From an uncultured Pseudomonadota bacterium (lineage in GTDB: Bacteria > Oederibacteriota > Muellerivitia > Muellerivitales > Muellerivitaceae), in contig CAWIIP010000004.1 in the NCBI GenBank assembly GCA_963836235.1, positions 480,001 through 544,000 of the forward strand: a stretch of 64,000 bases of DNA, in the 5' to 3' direction. The notes below the pieces were generated by a model. It was not told the origin of the DNA. It saw only the letters and a list, made by a program, of their open reading frames with translations, and searched no databases. Shown piece by piece: positions 17,663 through 27,679 of this stretch. How positions within the stretch are numbered: position 1 is the stretch's first letter; each line of letters begins with the position of its first letter. The translations under genes and the position numbers were made by a program.

Positions 17663-19288
17663 CTATTTTTCGCAGAAATAAATTTCACCCGTTTCAGGGG
17701 TTAATAAGCCCATTCTAACGGCGTCATCTCTCCCGATAAAATCATCCACTTTGGTGACGGTTACTTTAAAATCCGCTTCACGAAGCCTTTCTGCGTAATC
17801 GGGGCCATAAACCCGGACCGAATCGGCCTCGCTATAGGCTTTAAGCCGGTCTGCGGGTTTCTGGAGAAGGGGATCTTCATGGGTCTTTTTCGCGTAAACC
17901 GGCGCCAATAAGATGGCCCAGCCATCCTTTTTGAGGACCCGGTAAAATTCCCTTAGGGCCATCCGATCATCCTTCACTTCCTGCAATACGTGGTTGCAAA
18001 AGATCACGTCGAAAGTTTGATCAGGGTATTGGATGTCCGTGACATCCATTTTGACCCTGACGTTGGGATTATGTAAATCGGCGGTTACGTAATCCTCTTC
18101 GAAAGTTATCGAGAGAGAGGGTTCAAAGCAGCTTTCCGGCGCTATGTGCAGTATCTTCTTGGGTTTTCCATCCCAAAGATTGGTCTTTTGGTTGAGGTAT
18201 AACCACAAAAGGCGATGACGGCCATGGGAAAAACAAAAAGCACATTCCACAGCCTCAAAGGGGACGAAACCGTCGGTGTAAGCTCGAAAACAGCGGGACG
18301 TTTTTCCACAGACCGGGCAGAATCTTTGATTTCCAGAATAATAAGCCTGATTCCATAGGTTTTGAATTCTTCTGATGGATTTTTTTATAAATCTTGGCAA
18401 AAGTTTCGAAATTTTCCTTCTCGTTTTAAACGAGAAGGTTTTTAAGTCCGCCGAGAAAGAGGATGGTGTCCCCACTTCCTCAAAACCCGAGGTGGGGCAC
18501 GAAGAAATAGAAATCAATTGAATAGCCCGCATTTCGATCCACCCCCGGACCTCGGGATCCGTCACCAGCGACTGATCAATCACCCGGTAAGTACGGGCCC
18601 AATGGAAATCCCGATGGGAAGGACCGCACATTTTATCGAGGGCGTGGTCATCCATCGCGCAGTGGCATTGCCACAAGTGGTGACCCGGGCCCAGGGAGTC
18701 GATCCAGGACTTTAGCTTTTTCTTTACGACTTCCCGGTCCAGTGATACCCCGCTGGACTCGAAAGCTGAAACCCAATCTGTCCGGGGAATGTGATGTTTC
18801 TTAGCATATTCCCTGTTTCGGGAAGGGGTCTTTTTTCGCCTGAGAAACTGGGCGAGAAGGCCGGCCAGTTTTCCCCAGCGGTCCATATGCATGTGCTCGC
18901 AGGCATGGGTAATGCTCAAGCCTTCGGCTTCAATGCGGTTCCATTGGGCCTCAAGCTCCGTCTCGGCCTCACGCATGTCAGCCTTTTTCCAGGCTTCCTT
19001 GACGGTAAAGGGGAAGGTTCCATCCGGTAGTGTCATGGACTTCAAAGGGGTCAAGGGTTTCCAGCGCAGGACATCCCATTCGGCAGTGAAGGTCACGTGG
19101 ATTCCAACGGGGATTTTATGAGTTTTGGCCAACTGAACCGCAGCCGGAAACGCAGGCGCGGGGGCCATGAGGTTGGTATCAGTCAGGAGGCCTTTCGTAA
19201 AGGCTTGGACAATGCCCTCGTTGACCGCGTCGCACATTCCAAAATCGTCGCTCATGACCGACAAGTAAATCTTAGTGTCCTCCGGCAT
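17663..19288 (-). CDS. Fusion of a ChbG/YdjC-family deacetylase and a class I SAM methyltransferase preceded by CxxC motifs
   Basis: N-half: SDDFG, NEGI, GIHVTF, ELEAQ, HMH. C-half: CPVC..CAFC, ILHIAPE, MDVTDIQYPDQTFDVIFCNHVL, RVLKKDG. Confidence 0.8.
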   Translation of the reverse strand: MPEDTKIYLSVMSDDFGMCDAVNEGIVQAFTKGLLTDTNLMAPAPAFPAAVQLAKTHKIPVGIHVTFTAEWDVLRWKPLTPLKSMTLPDGTFPFTVKEAWKKADMREAETELEAQWNRIEAEGLSITHACEHMHMDRWGKLAGLLAQFLRRKKTPSRNREYAKKHHIPRTDWVSAFESSGVSLDREVVKKKLKSWIDSLGPGHHLWQCHCAMDDHALDKMCGPSHRDFHWARTYRVIDQSLVTDPEVRGWIEMRAIQLISISSCPTSGFEEVGTPSSFSADLKTFSFKTRRKISKLLPRFIKKSIRRIQNLWNQAYYSGNQRFCPVCGKTSRCFRAYTDGFVPFEAVECAFCFSHGRHRLLWLYLNQKTNLWDGKPKKILHIAPESCFEPSLSITFEEDYVTADLHNPNVRVKMDVTDIQYPDQTFDVIFCNHVLQEVKDDRMALREFYRVLKKDGWAILLAPVYAKKTHEDPLLQKPADRLKAYSEADSVRVYGPDYAERLREADFKVTVTKVDDFIGRDDAVRMGLLTPETGEIYFCEK

Positions 19289-19414
19289 ATATTCTCCCTA
19301 ATTTCAGTTTCCGCCAGGGTCTGGACCCTTCATCATCTCATCACCCGCTGAATTCACGCCATGAATTTTATCGGGTTCTAAAAGCGTTTTATGATTTTCG
19401 AGAATATCGCCTAT

Positions 19415-20419
19415 TCAAGAGGGGATAAGGCGCCTGAACCTTTTGCGTTTTGGACGATAAGTGATGTAAGTGCTGCTAACGAATACCAGCAGGGAATGAA
19501 TAATTTTTTTGAAAACTAGTAATAAACCATCGCTGAGATTAAAAACCTGGTTGTTTTGGGCAATTCCATAACCACTATTATGCCGATGTAATTCGTCTAA
19601 ATAGGGAACGAAGATCCATTTTTTCAGTAATTCATTCAATCTCACTCCCCAGGCGCCCAAGCTTGTGTCATAGAGGCCGGGCTTCAGTTCGCGAAAACCG
19701 TGAAAGTGAAAAAAAATGAGGGGCTGGTTGTTCACCATTAAATTTTTATTTTCGACGGATAAAGCACGGCCGCCAAGGTTCCAAGGTCCCAGGTTCGCGC
19801 CGGGATGGCCGATGATCCGCACTCCCTTGAAGCGGTCAGGCCATTCATCCAAATACTTTTGGTCGGCGTAACGCGGCCCATCGATGTAGGTGTGGCACCA
19901 TTCGATACAACGCTCCTTCCACCATTTCAGGCAAGCCAAACCGTTTTTGTCCCGGCGGAAAGTCACCCAACCCACGTTGTAAATTCCGTTCTTTTTTCGA
20001 TATTGGAATCGCGGGGCGAAATCATGGGGGATGATGCCAACGGAGGCTTTAGATATTTCCTTGAAGATCGGCGCGGGATTCGAGAAGAAATACAAGTCGG
20101 CGTCCAGGTAAGTCAAAAGGTCAATATTTTTATTGAGCTTGAATACCATTTCCAGCAAAGCCGGACCGCAAGTAAAATAATATTCTACCCTTGTCCTTCC
20201 CGATTGAACTTCCTTTAATCTTGGCTCAAATTTCTCTACTTGTTTGGGTGTTACAATTATGACGCCGTCCAACTTGGAGCTTTTCAAGGCCGTGACCGTT
20301 TCCTCGTCCCAACAAAGGACATAAAGACGGAAGGGTCCGGCATGTGTCTTGAGAGAAGCGTATAATGACAAAGCTCTGGCCAAATAGTTCCGGTCGAAAT
20401 AGGAACAAAAATATCTCAA
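19415..20419 (-). CDS. Putative nucleotide-sugar glycosyltransferase (GT-A fold)
   Basis: FCSYFDRNY, YLDADLYFF, YNVGWV, DQKYLDEWP, FFHFHG. Confidence 0.8.
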   Translation of the reverse strand: MRYFCSYFDRNYLARALSLYASLKTHAGPFRLYVLCWDEETVTALKSSKLDGVIIVTPKQVEKFEPRLKEVQSGRTRVEYYFTCGPALLEMVFKLNKNIDLLTYLDADLYFFSNPAPIFKEISKASVGIIPHDFAPRFQYRKKNGIYNVGWVTFRRDKNGLACLKWWKERCIEWCHTYIDGPRYADQKYLDEWPDRFKGVRIIGHPGANLGPWNLGGRALSVENKNLMVNNQPLIFFHFHGFRELKPGLYDTSLGAWGVRLNELLKKWIFVPYLDELHRHNSGYGIAQNNQVFNLSDGLLLVFKKIIHSLLVFVSSTYITYRPKRKRFRRLIPS

Positions 20420-20429
20420 TGGGGTTCAC

Positions 20430-21290
20430 TCATTCGAGCCTGCCTGATCTTTCTTTTTTTGTTGAGAAGAGAAACGCTCGGAATTGGCTTGGCTCGGTTG
20501 CTTTATGGATATAGGGGCCATCCCCCAAAATATATTCTTGAACCAATTCAAGTCCATTGATTTTTGCTTTGTTCAGAAATTCGTGACGGTTCAAAATCCA
20601 ACAACGATATTCGGTTAAATAACCGTATTTGGCGGGCCTTTGAAGCGCCACGAAACCGGGGCCTTTTTCGATTATCAATTGCCGAGCAACCATTAAATAA
20701 GGGGAAGCGCAAGAGGCCAATTGGCCCAATAAATTCGTCCAGTTATCGTCATACCAAAGAGAACTTCCCGCGAAAATGAAATCGTATTTTTTTAATAATG
20801 TTTTTTCTTTGTTGGAAAAATAACTGCCTTTTGGGTTCAACTGATTTCCGGCCTCGCAAAATGCCGGTAAATCAAAACAAGTGTAATCTTGGGTCAATTT
20901 CGGAAAAAGTGCTTTGGCATAAAGATAATACTGGCCCAAACCGCCACCATAATCCAACCAAGATACCCGCGACCGGCCCGACGAGGCCAAAGCCAAAGCG
21001 TGACCGAAGCATAGAATCTGGTGTTGAAAAAAAACATCATCTCCCCATCCGCTTTGGGGTGCCTCATGATTGATGGACAATGCGACTGGATCTGATTCAA
21101 GGGCATGTTTGAGGGCGGGCCATTTTCTCTTTTGCGTGCTGACAATACTTTCGTGAGACCAAGCTATATCCTGGGAACCAAGCGACGTTAACTTGGGTAA
21201 AGCCAGCCATTCCGCTTGTCCCATGATTCCTTTTAAAAAACCATAGGTATTTCGTAAGAGCTTTATTTTTTTGTTCACGGACCGTTCCAA
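20430..21290 (-). CDS. Putative SAM-dependent methyltransferase of glycan loci
   Basis: Motif I WLDYGGGLGQYY; DLP; SSLWY. Confidence 0.75.
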   Translation of the reverse strand: MERSVNKKIKLLRNTYGFLKGIMGQAEWLALPKLTSLGSQDIAWSHESIVSTQKRKWPALKHALESDPVALSINHEAPQSGWGDDVFFQHQILCFGHALALASSGRSRVSWLDYGGGLGQYYLYAKALFPKLTQDYTCFDLPAFCEAGNQLNPKGSYFSNKEKTLLKKYDFIFAGSSLWYDDNWTNLLGQLASCASPYLMVARQLIIEKGPGFVALQRPAKYGYLTEYRCWILNRHEFLNKAKINGLELVQEYILGDGPYIHKATEPSQFRAFLFSTKKERSGRLE

Positions 21291-21379
21291 CCATTATTTG
21301 GGTTAATCTTAAATACCCTGAATTTGTCGTCATACTTACAAAATATGCCTCGGGTATTTATATGTCCTTCGCGCCTTCT

Positions 21380-22591
21380 TTAGCTCATTAAATTTATTTC
21401 ATCATTGCTGGACTTCCGAAAGACCAAAATCAAAGAACAAACCGTTGTTAACCAAAAGAGGGCTGGTAAAACACAGTTATAAATATTTAAAAAAAATAAA
21501 AAATACTTCGAATGGAGGACTGAAATTAAGTAATTTATCATTCCTTCGTGGTCAAGATACCACGTTAATAAAACGATTAGAAAAACCAAAGTTTTAAATC
21601 GTAAATCCAATACTGGAAATTTAAAATAAAGCAAAATCGGGAAGATTAAAATTATGTAATCGTAGCGTCCGTGATAAACAACGGCCAAAGAAATAAAACT
21701 GAGCATATTCAAAATAAACAAATCATCGATATTTGGTTTAAGCCAACATACATAAATAGCGGCCATAAGCAAAAATAAGGATAATAAAACAGGGTAAATC
21801 ATCGGAATGCTTGGGACAATTTTTCTAAAAACGTCAACAAAATCCAAATACCCAACCCCTATACAAAGTGTGTCTACTTTTAAAGTTTCCGTGATAAGAG
21901 TGATGGGATTTATTTTTATCCAAAAAGAAATAAATATGTGCAAGCCCAAATGAATAAAGGACGCGATAAGTAACGGAAGATATTTTCTTTTGTAGAGGAA
22001 ATAAAGAGAAAGCGGAATCGTGAGTGGATACTTTAAAAAAGAAAGCGCCAGAAAGAGGCCGGAAAGAAGGGGCCTTTTGTTTACGTACCTTAACGCAAAT
22101 GAGAAAAAGCAAAGGGCAAAAAGTGTTTGTTCTCCCGTATAAATTAAATATCTCCATTGAAATCCAAGCAATAACAAAGAAATGATTAATAAATACGTTT
22201 GGTAAGGTCGATTGGGTAAAAAAAGGTTAAAAATATTGTAAAGAAATAAAAACGTAAATAAGATATTGGAAATGATCCATAAATATTCAGCCAGTGGCCA
22301 CTGAATCAACGCATAGGGCCATAAAAGCATTAAACAAGAAGGGAAGTAAGGGGATCCGGCAAAAGTTTTGAATTTCTCTGTTTCCGGGATTGTATGTGAT
22401 AAAGTCATTTTGTAGGGATCCAGACCATTCAACAAAATTTTTGCCGAATCCCATTGAAAAGTAAGGCATCCATCATAAACAATCGTTTGATGTATCGCGT
22501 GAATCACTGATGCGGTAGAGAGAATTAATAAAACAGAAGAAGTGATCTTATTATTAAAATTAAATTTTTCTAATTTTGAAAAAAGCACCAA
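21380..22591 (-). CDS. GT87/DUF2029 membrane glycosyltransferase (paralog of 12242-13474)
   Basis: FQWDSAK, DPY, PYFPSCLMLLWPYA, LALSFLKYP. True start likely TTG at 22591 with GGAGG RBS; most of the extra N-terminus in the ORF track reads out of the IS end. Confidence 0.82.
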   Translation of the reverse strand: MVLFSKLEKFNFNNKITSSVLLILSTASVIHAIHQTIVYDGCLTFQWDSAKILLNGLDPYKMTLSHTIPETEKFKTFAGSPYFPSCLMLLWPYALIQWPLAEYLWIISNILFTFLFLYNIFNLFLPNRPYQTYLLIISLLLLGFQWRYLIYTGEQTLFALCFFSFALRYVNKRPLLSGLFLALSFLKYPLTIPLSLYFLYKRKYLPLLIASFIHLGLHIFISFWIKINPITLITETLKVDTLCIGVGYLDFVDVFRKIVPSIPMIYPVLLSLFLLMAAIYVCWLKPNIDDLFILNMLSFISLAVVYHGRYDYIILIFPILLYFKFPVLDLRFKTLVFLIVLLTWYLDHEGMINYLISVLHSKYFLFFLNIYNCVLPALFWLTTVCSLILVFRKSSNDEINLMS

Positions 22592-22602
22592 AATATTCCT
22601 CC

Positions 22603-23655
22603 CCGAGTTCCATAAGTAAGTGCAACACTTAGTGCCTGAAGAAGGCCGCATCAATAGGATATGCGGCCATGAAAAAGAACTACAAGCATTTAAGTGTTGA
22701 GGAAAGAGATCATTTATCCGTCTTGAAGGGAAAGGGCCTCAGCCTTCGGGCCATTTCCCGTGCCTTGAAGAGGTCTCCTTCCACCCTCTCCAGGGAACTC
22801 AAGCGCAACGCTCCCCCCATCCGTTCGGGTTACTATCTGTCCCATCGGGCCCATCAACGGTATGTGACCCGCAACCAACAACGGGCTTGTCGTTTACGCC
22901 TGAAAACAAAACGAATTCGTGCCTACGTCCGTCGCCAATTGAAACGAGGCTGGTCTCCCGAACTCATTTCAGGCCGTTTAGGCCACCTGCGGCCTAAGCA
23001 AACCATTGGCCCCGAAGCCATCTACCAGTGGATTTACGCTGAGGCCACTGATCTGATTCCTTGCCTCGTCCGTCACCACCGGCGGCGGCTCACCTTCGGT
23101 CACAGCCACAGGCACGCCAAAAACCATATCCCAGGCCGAGTTTCCATCGACAAAAGGCCCAAGGTCGTCAACCAACGCAAGCAGTTCGGCCACTGGGAAA
23201 CGGACACGATGGTTTCTCGTCAAAGTAAAGTTGCTCTCCGGGCACTTGTCGAGCGTCAAAGCCGTTTTTCCAAATTGGGAAAGCTGAAACGAAAAACCGC
23301 TTCCCACATGAGTCACAGCCTCAACCGCTCTTTATGCCGCTTTCCTCAAGAGGCTCGTTTGAGCCTGACCTACGACAACGGAACCGAAAACACCAACCAC
23401 CTGGAAACCAACCATGTGCTTGGTACAAAATCCTTTTTCTGCGTTCCTTTCCACAGTTGGGAAAAAGGCACAGTGGAAAATACTATCGGTCTTGTCCGCC
23501 GCCATTTGCCTAAAAAGACCGACCTTGCTAAAGTGTCTCTCAAAGAGCTCAAAGCCATTGAAAGATGGCTTAATAACAGGCCCAAAAAATGTTTGGGCTT
23601 TCAAACTCCGGCGGAAGTCTTCCGGCGAAGTGTTGCACTTACTCCGTGAATTCGG
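22603..23655 (+). mobile_element. IS30-family insertion sequence 1
   Basis: 27-bp imperfect terminal IRs at 22603-22629 and 23629-23655 (core AGTAAGTGCAACACT); CC on both flanks fits a 2-bp duplication. Confidence 0.9.
22669..23649 (+). CDS. IS30-family DDE transposase
   Basis: N-terminal HTH, WSPELI, GHWETDT, TYDNGTE, SWEKGTVEN, LNNRPKKCLGF. Confidence 0.95.
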   Translation: MKKNYKHLSVEERDHLSVLKGKGLSLRAISRALKRSPSTLSRELKRNAPPIRSGYYLSHRAHQRYVTRNQQRACRLRLKTKRIRAYVRRQLKRGWSPELISGRLGHLRPKQTIGPEAIYQWIYAEATDLIPCLVRHHRRRLTFGHSHRHAKNHIPGRVSIDKRPKVVNQRKQFGHWETDTMVSRQSKVALRALVERQSRFSKLGKLKRKTASHMSHSLNRSLCRFPQEARLSLTYDNGTENTNHLETNHVLGTKSFFCVPFHSWEKGTVENTIGLVRRHLPKKTDLAKVSLKELKAIERWLNNRPKKCLGFQTPAEVFRRSVALTP

Positions 23656-23697
23656 CCTCTGTATTATTAGGTTTTGATCCAAACAAAAATTTCATTC

Positions 23698-24747
23698 CCC
23701 AGTTCAATAGCGAAGTGCAACACTTAGCCCCGGCAGAATCCGGGGGTTATCCTAAGTTTTATGAAACAATCCTACAAGCACCTGTCGTTGGCCGAACGTG
23801 AAGAAATCGCAGTTTGGAAGGCAGAAGGCCTCTCCATACGAGAAATCGCCCGACGCCTCGAACGTGATGTGTCCAGTGTTTCCCGAGAGTTGAAGCGTAA
23901 CGCACCACCTTTACGTCCTGGCCGTTATCTACCAGCTCGGGCTCACCTGCGATCTACCCAGCGTAACCAACTCTCTCGGACCCATCTGCGTCTCAAAAAA
24001 CCAGGGATCCGACAACATGTTTTGCGTAAGCTTCATCAGGGGTTTTCTCCCGAACAAATTGCTGGTCAGCTTCGCCTTGAGAACTCCAAACTATTCATTT
24101 CCCACGAGGCCGTCTACCAGTTCATTTATTCCGAAGCCCGAAACCTCATCCCTCTCTTGGCTCGTTCCCATCGAAAGCGGCTTCGCCGATGGCATTCGCA
24201 CAAACATCGAAAAAGCCATATTCCAGAACGAACTCCGATCACTCAACGACCCGCCATCGTGCAGACGCGGCGTCAATTTGGTCACTGGGAAGCGGACACC
24301 ATCATCTCCAGAAAAAGTAAAGCCTCCCTTTTGGTGATGGTCGAACGAAAAAGCCGCCTCGTGAAACTCGCCTGGTTGCCTCAAAAGTCCGCTTCGAAAA
24401 CACGAGCAGCTATCAATCGACGGCTCACCCTCTTTCCGAAGGGGTTACGCCGGACCATTACTTACGACAACGGCTCTGAAAACATCGAGCATCTTCAAGT
24501 TAACAATCTCTTAGGAACCCGTTCCTTTTTCTGTCTTCCTTTCCACAGTTGGGAAAAGGGAACCGTCGAAAACACTAATGGTTTGGTGCGGCGCTTCTAT
24601 CCAAAGAAAACCGATTTTGCTACCATAACTCCAGCGAACGTGCGACGTGTGGAGCGGGCTCTCAACAGCCGTCCACGCAAGTGCCTTCGCTTCAAAACGC
24701 CGGAGCAGGTCTTTCGTCTAGGTGTTGCACTTACTGGTTGAATTCAG
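23698..24747 (+). mobile_element. IS30-family insertion sequence 2 (different from element 1)
   Basis: IRs at about 23698-23723 and 24722-24747 (core AAGTGCAACAC); CATTC on both flanks. Confidence 0.85.
23761..24741 (+). CDS. IS30-family DDE transposase
   Basis: FSPEQIAG, GHWEADT, TYDNGSE, SWEKGTVENTNG, LNSRPRKCL. Confidence 0.95.
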   Translation: MKQSYKHLSLAEREEIAVWKAEGLSIREIARRLERDVSSVSRELKRNAPPLRPGRYLPARAHLRSTQRNQLSRTHLRLKKPGIRQHVLRKLHQGFSPEQIAGQLRLENSKLFISHEAVYQFIYSEARNLIPLLARSHRKRLRRWHSHKHRKSHIPERTPITQRPAIVQTRRQFGHWEADTIISRKSKASLLVMVERKSRLVKLAWLPQKSASKTRAAINRRLTLFPKGLRRTITYDNGSENIEHLQVNNLLGTRSFFCLPFHSWEKGTVENTNGLVRRFYPKKTDFATITPANVRRVERALNSRPRKCLRFKTPEQVFRLGVALTG

Positions 24748-24962
24748 CATTCCTTTTTCGTGGCCCAATATCAAGCGCTATAGGCGTGGAAAATTAGGCC
24801 TAAATAAATGAATTCTGTTTCAAGTGTTGTGGAAGGTTCATTCAAATAATTCCCAAGATAAGGTACTATAAGTTTTTGCTTAAGGCTTAAAGACAAAAAG
24901 GTTCAAAAACAGAGGTTGGATTTGAGACACAGTGCAATGATACCAAATTATGGATTTTATCC

Positions 24963-26087
24963 ATGCTTTTAAAAAAATCGCCTTCTTATGTTTATATACG
25001 GGATTTTATCCTCTCCTTTCGGATGCTCCGATTTGTGGCCTATTCCGTTCGAAATCTTTTTTTTCCTTCCAAATATATGCTTCCGTCGTTTTTCCACGTG
25101 GGTCCCGAGCCGTTTTTTAATATTGAAGTCTCAAGCGTGTGTAACGCGAAATGCGTCTTTTGTCCCTACAAATCCGGGTTCCGCACAATGACTGTCGCCA
25201 CGCTGGAATGGTTTGAACCCGTCGCCAAATCAGGCATCCAACTTGGCTTCAAGCACCTCAATTTGACACCCCTGACGGGCGAGTTTTTCACCAACAATAA
25301 AGCAGTGGAGATCATTCAATCCGCAAAAAAGGCGGGGTACATTTCCATTTTCACGTATACCAACGGAATTCAGATGCACAAATTTAATTTGGAGGCCCTG
25401 TTGAATTCAGGGTTAACCCATCTTTATATTTCAACCCCCGGGTTTTCCGATGAATTATATGAAACGGTTTTTGGCGTTCGGACTTATCCCGATTTTAAAA
25501 AATCAATCATTCAACTACTAGAAACCCACCGGCGTTTAAAATCCGCTGTGGAAATATATTTTGAGCCACGAAGCTATCTAACCTTAAAAGAGTTGAAACG
25601 AAGTGAATTTTATACTGGCTTCATCTCCGATTTCATTGGTGAGCACGTCCATTTATCCCAAGCGAAAAAGTTCTTCGGGAATTGGGGAGGAGGGATTTCG
25701 AAAAGTGATATGGTTGGGAAGATGGAAATTGATGTCATTCCCCTGAAATCCCTCGCCCCGTTTAAAAAGGTTCATCCTTGTGAAATGCTTTATACGGTGG
25801 CGGTTTTAGCGAACGGCGACGTGCGGTTATGCCCCTGCGCTTACGACTCAACCATTGAAACTGAAAAGGATTCTTTTTGGATCGATTCCCTTAAAAATTA
25901 TCCCAATCTTGAAACGCTCCTTGAAAGAAATTCGGCGAAAATTAATCAGCTGAGGGAAAATTTTGTTAACGGAATACTTCCTGATTTGTGCAAGAATTGC
26001 TCGGTATATGTTCCTGTTCAATTCCAACCGGTAAAATCTGAAGGACAAAGTAAAGATGTTCTTGAGATTATTCGTTCAAATCCGTGA
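24963..26087 (+). CDS. Radical SAM protein with SPASM/twitch domain
   Basis: CNAKCVFC, TNG, NWGG, NGDVRLCPC, CKNC. Confidence 0.88.
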   Translation: MLLKKSPSYVYIRDFILSFRMLRFVAYSVRNLFFPSKYMLPSFFHVGPEPFFNIEVSSVCNAKCVFCPYKSGFRTMTVATLEWFEPVAKSGIQLGFKHLNLTPLTGEFFTNNKAVEIIQSAKKAGYISIFTYTNGIQMHKFNLEALLNSGLTHLYISTPGFSDELYETVFGVRTYPDFKKSIIQLLETHRRLKSAVEIYFEPRSYLTLKELKRSEFYTGFISDFIGEHVHLSQAKKFFGNWGGGISKSDMVGKMEIDVIPLKSLAPFKKVHPCEMLYTVAVLANGDVRLCPCAYDSTIETEKDSFWIDSLKNYPNLETLLERNSAKINQLRENFVNGILPDLCKNCSVYVPVQFQPVKSEGQSKDVLEIIRSNP

Positions 26088-26188
26088 CATTCTTTTGCGA
26101 CTTTTATTGCACTTTAAACAAAACCATTACAGTTGTTGTGCGTGAATATGCGGGGGGACGGAACTTTATATCTGTGATATGAATTCAA

Positions 26189-27508
26189 TTGAAGCTTAGG
26201 GAAGAAAGACCTTCGGTTATGAAACCCAGATGGAAGTTATTCGCTTTTATTTATTCATTTGCTTTGTTCATTAGATTTGCGGCGGTTTTTTTAACTAGGT
26301 TTCAAATCCAAGACGTGGGTTACCTTGGTTTCGCCCAAAATTTAATAAATCATGGAAAGTTTTTTGAAGTTATCCAAACTCATGGCGTGGGTCAAGCCTG
26401 GAATGGGGCCTATTGGGCGAATTGTCCGCCCCTATATCCTTTTTTTATAGCTTTGTTTTCGAACCATATTTTTTTGTTGTCAATTTGGCAATCACTCATT
26501 TATTCGTTCCTGCCCCTTGTGGTTTACCACATAGCCGAAAATCTTTTTTTCGATAAAAAAACAGCTATGGTTTCCGCCTTGATCTGTTGTGCTTATCCTT
26601 ATTTTGTATATTCTTCCAATCAGTTGGTTGATACGGGTTTGGCCTGTTTAACCTTTGGATTGATCCTATTGTTTAATTTGATTTACGCCCAAGAAAATAG
26701 CACAAAACATCTCTTTGTTGTTGGGGCCGTCAACGCAATGGGGTTGCTGACGAGGCAGAACTTCTTATCTGTTATCCTGGTTTTCCCCCTTTTTTATCTT
26801 TTTATTTTCCAAGATAAAATACAAGGATTGGTCTTTAGAAAATACCTGCTTTTATTTTCGGTTACTTTTTTATTTATTTCTCCGTGGTTGGCGCGTAATT
26901 ACCTGATATTAAAAGAACCGGTCATTACCTCTTACTACGGACCCTATACACTGTGGTTAGGGAATAACAAATTAACCAATAAATATTTATCCATGGGAGT
27001 TGTAGCTCACATTGAGGATTATGTTTATTTCGAGAAAGTGGAGGAAAAGGATTTGGGGTATTTTGAGAATTTGAATGAAGTTGAAAAAGGGAAGTGGCTT
27101 ACGCGGAGAGCAATCAATTTTATCGAAAGTAATCCCATCGTGTTTCTGGAAAATGCTTACCTGAAATTTATCCGATTGTGGGCCGTAGAAAAGGAATATT
27201 CCCCCTTGGATCAAAATCCGGGTGAAAGTCCTGAGGAGAGCAAACTAAAAAATCTTACTTATTTCGCGATTACTTTTCCTTTGTTTCTTTTGAGCTCTTT
27301 AGGTCTAGTGATTCTTTTTAAACAAAAAAAAAGGCTGGGGATATTTTTCTTAATCCTTTTCGCGGCTTATAGCATTCCATTTATGGTTTATATCAGCGCA
27401 ATAAGGATGAGAATTCCGTTTGATATTTTGCTCATCATTTTATTGTCTTTTTTTATTATTTGGATGATGGACTTAGCAGCTACTTTTTTTAGGCTAAAGA
27501 GTAGCTAA
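26189..27508 (+). CDS. GT-C glycosyltransferase (PMT/ArnT-like)
   Basis: DVGY..AQNL, PPLYPFF, PWLARNY, LWLGNN, RMRIP; start may be ATG at 26219. Confidence 0.82.
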   Translation: MKLREERPSVMKPRWKLFAFIYSFALFIRFAAVFLTRFQIQDVGYLGFAQNLINHGKFFEVIQTHGVGQAWNGAYWANCPPLYPFFIALFSNHIFLLSIWQSLIYSFLPLVVYHIAENLFFDKKTAMVSALICCAYPYFVYSSNQLVDTGLACLTFGLILLFNLIYAQENSTKHLFVVGAVNAMGLLTRQNFLSVILVFPLFYLFIFQDKIQGLVFRKYLLLFSVTFLFISPWLARNYLILKEPVITSYYGPYTLWLGNNKLTNKYLSMGVVAHIEDYVYFEKVEEKDLGYFENLNEVEKGKWLTRRAINFIESNPIVFLENAYLKFIRLWAVEKEYSPLDQNPGESPEESKLKNLTYFAITFPLFLLSSLGLVILFKQKKRLGIFFLILFAAYSIPFMVYISAIRMRIPFDILLIILLSFFIIWMMDLAATFFRLKSS

Positions 27509-27679
27509 GTATTAAAAATTGTATTTTGAATGGGAGTTAGTAATGGTTCGCCCGTGAAAGATCATTTTTTAATCCTGCCGGTTTGAATTCCAGGTGCTTA
27601 ACCTTGACCTGCCCTAATATTCGACCCCAATTTAAGCTAGTTAATACCAACCGTCTCTATAGTATATTTTTGAGGCTCC

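Noticed and set aside
22592-22654. N-terminal extension MMRPSSGTKCCTYLWNS of the GT87 ORF
   Set aside because: Mostly encoded by the IS30 left end; the paralog alignment and RBS support TTG at 22591
23633-23667. Hybrid promoter from the IS30 IR TTGCAC
   Set aside because: No -10 hexamer at 16-18 bp spacing outside the IS ends examined
27540-27600. tRNA-like GGTTTGAATTCC segment
   Set aside because: No acceptor, D or anticodon stems could be built
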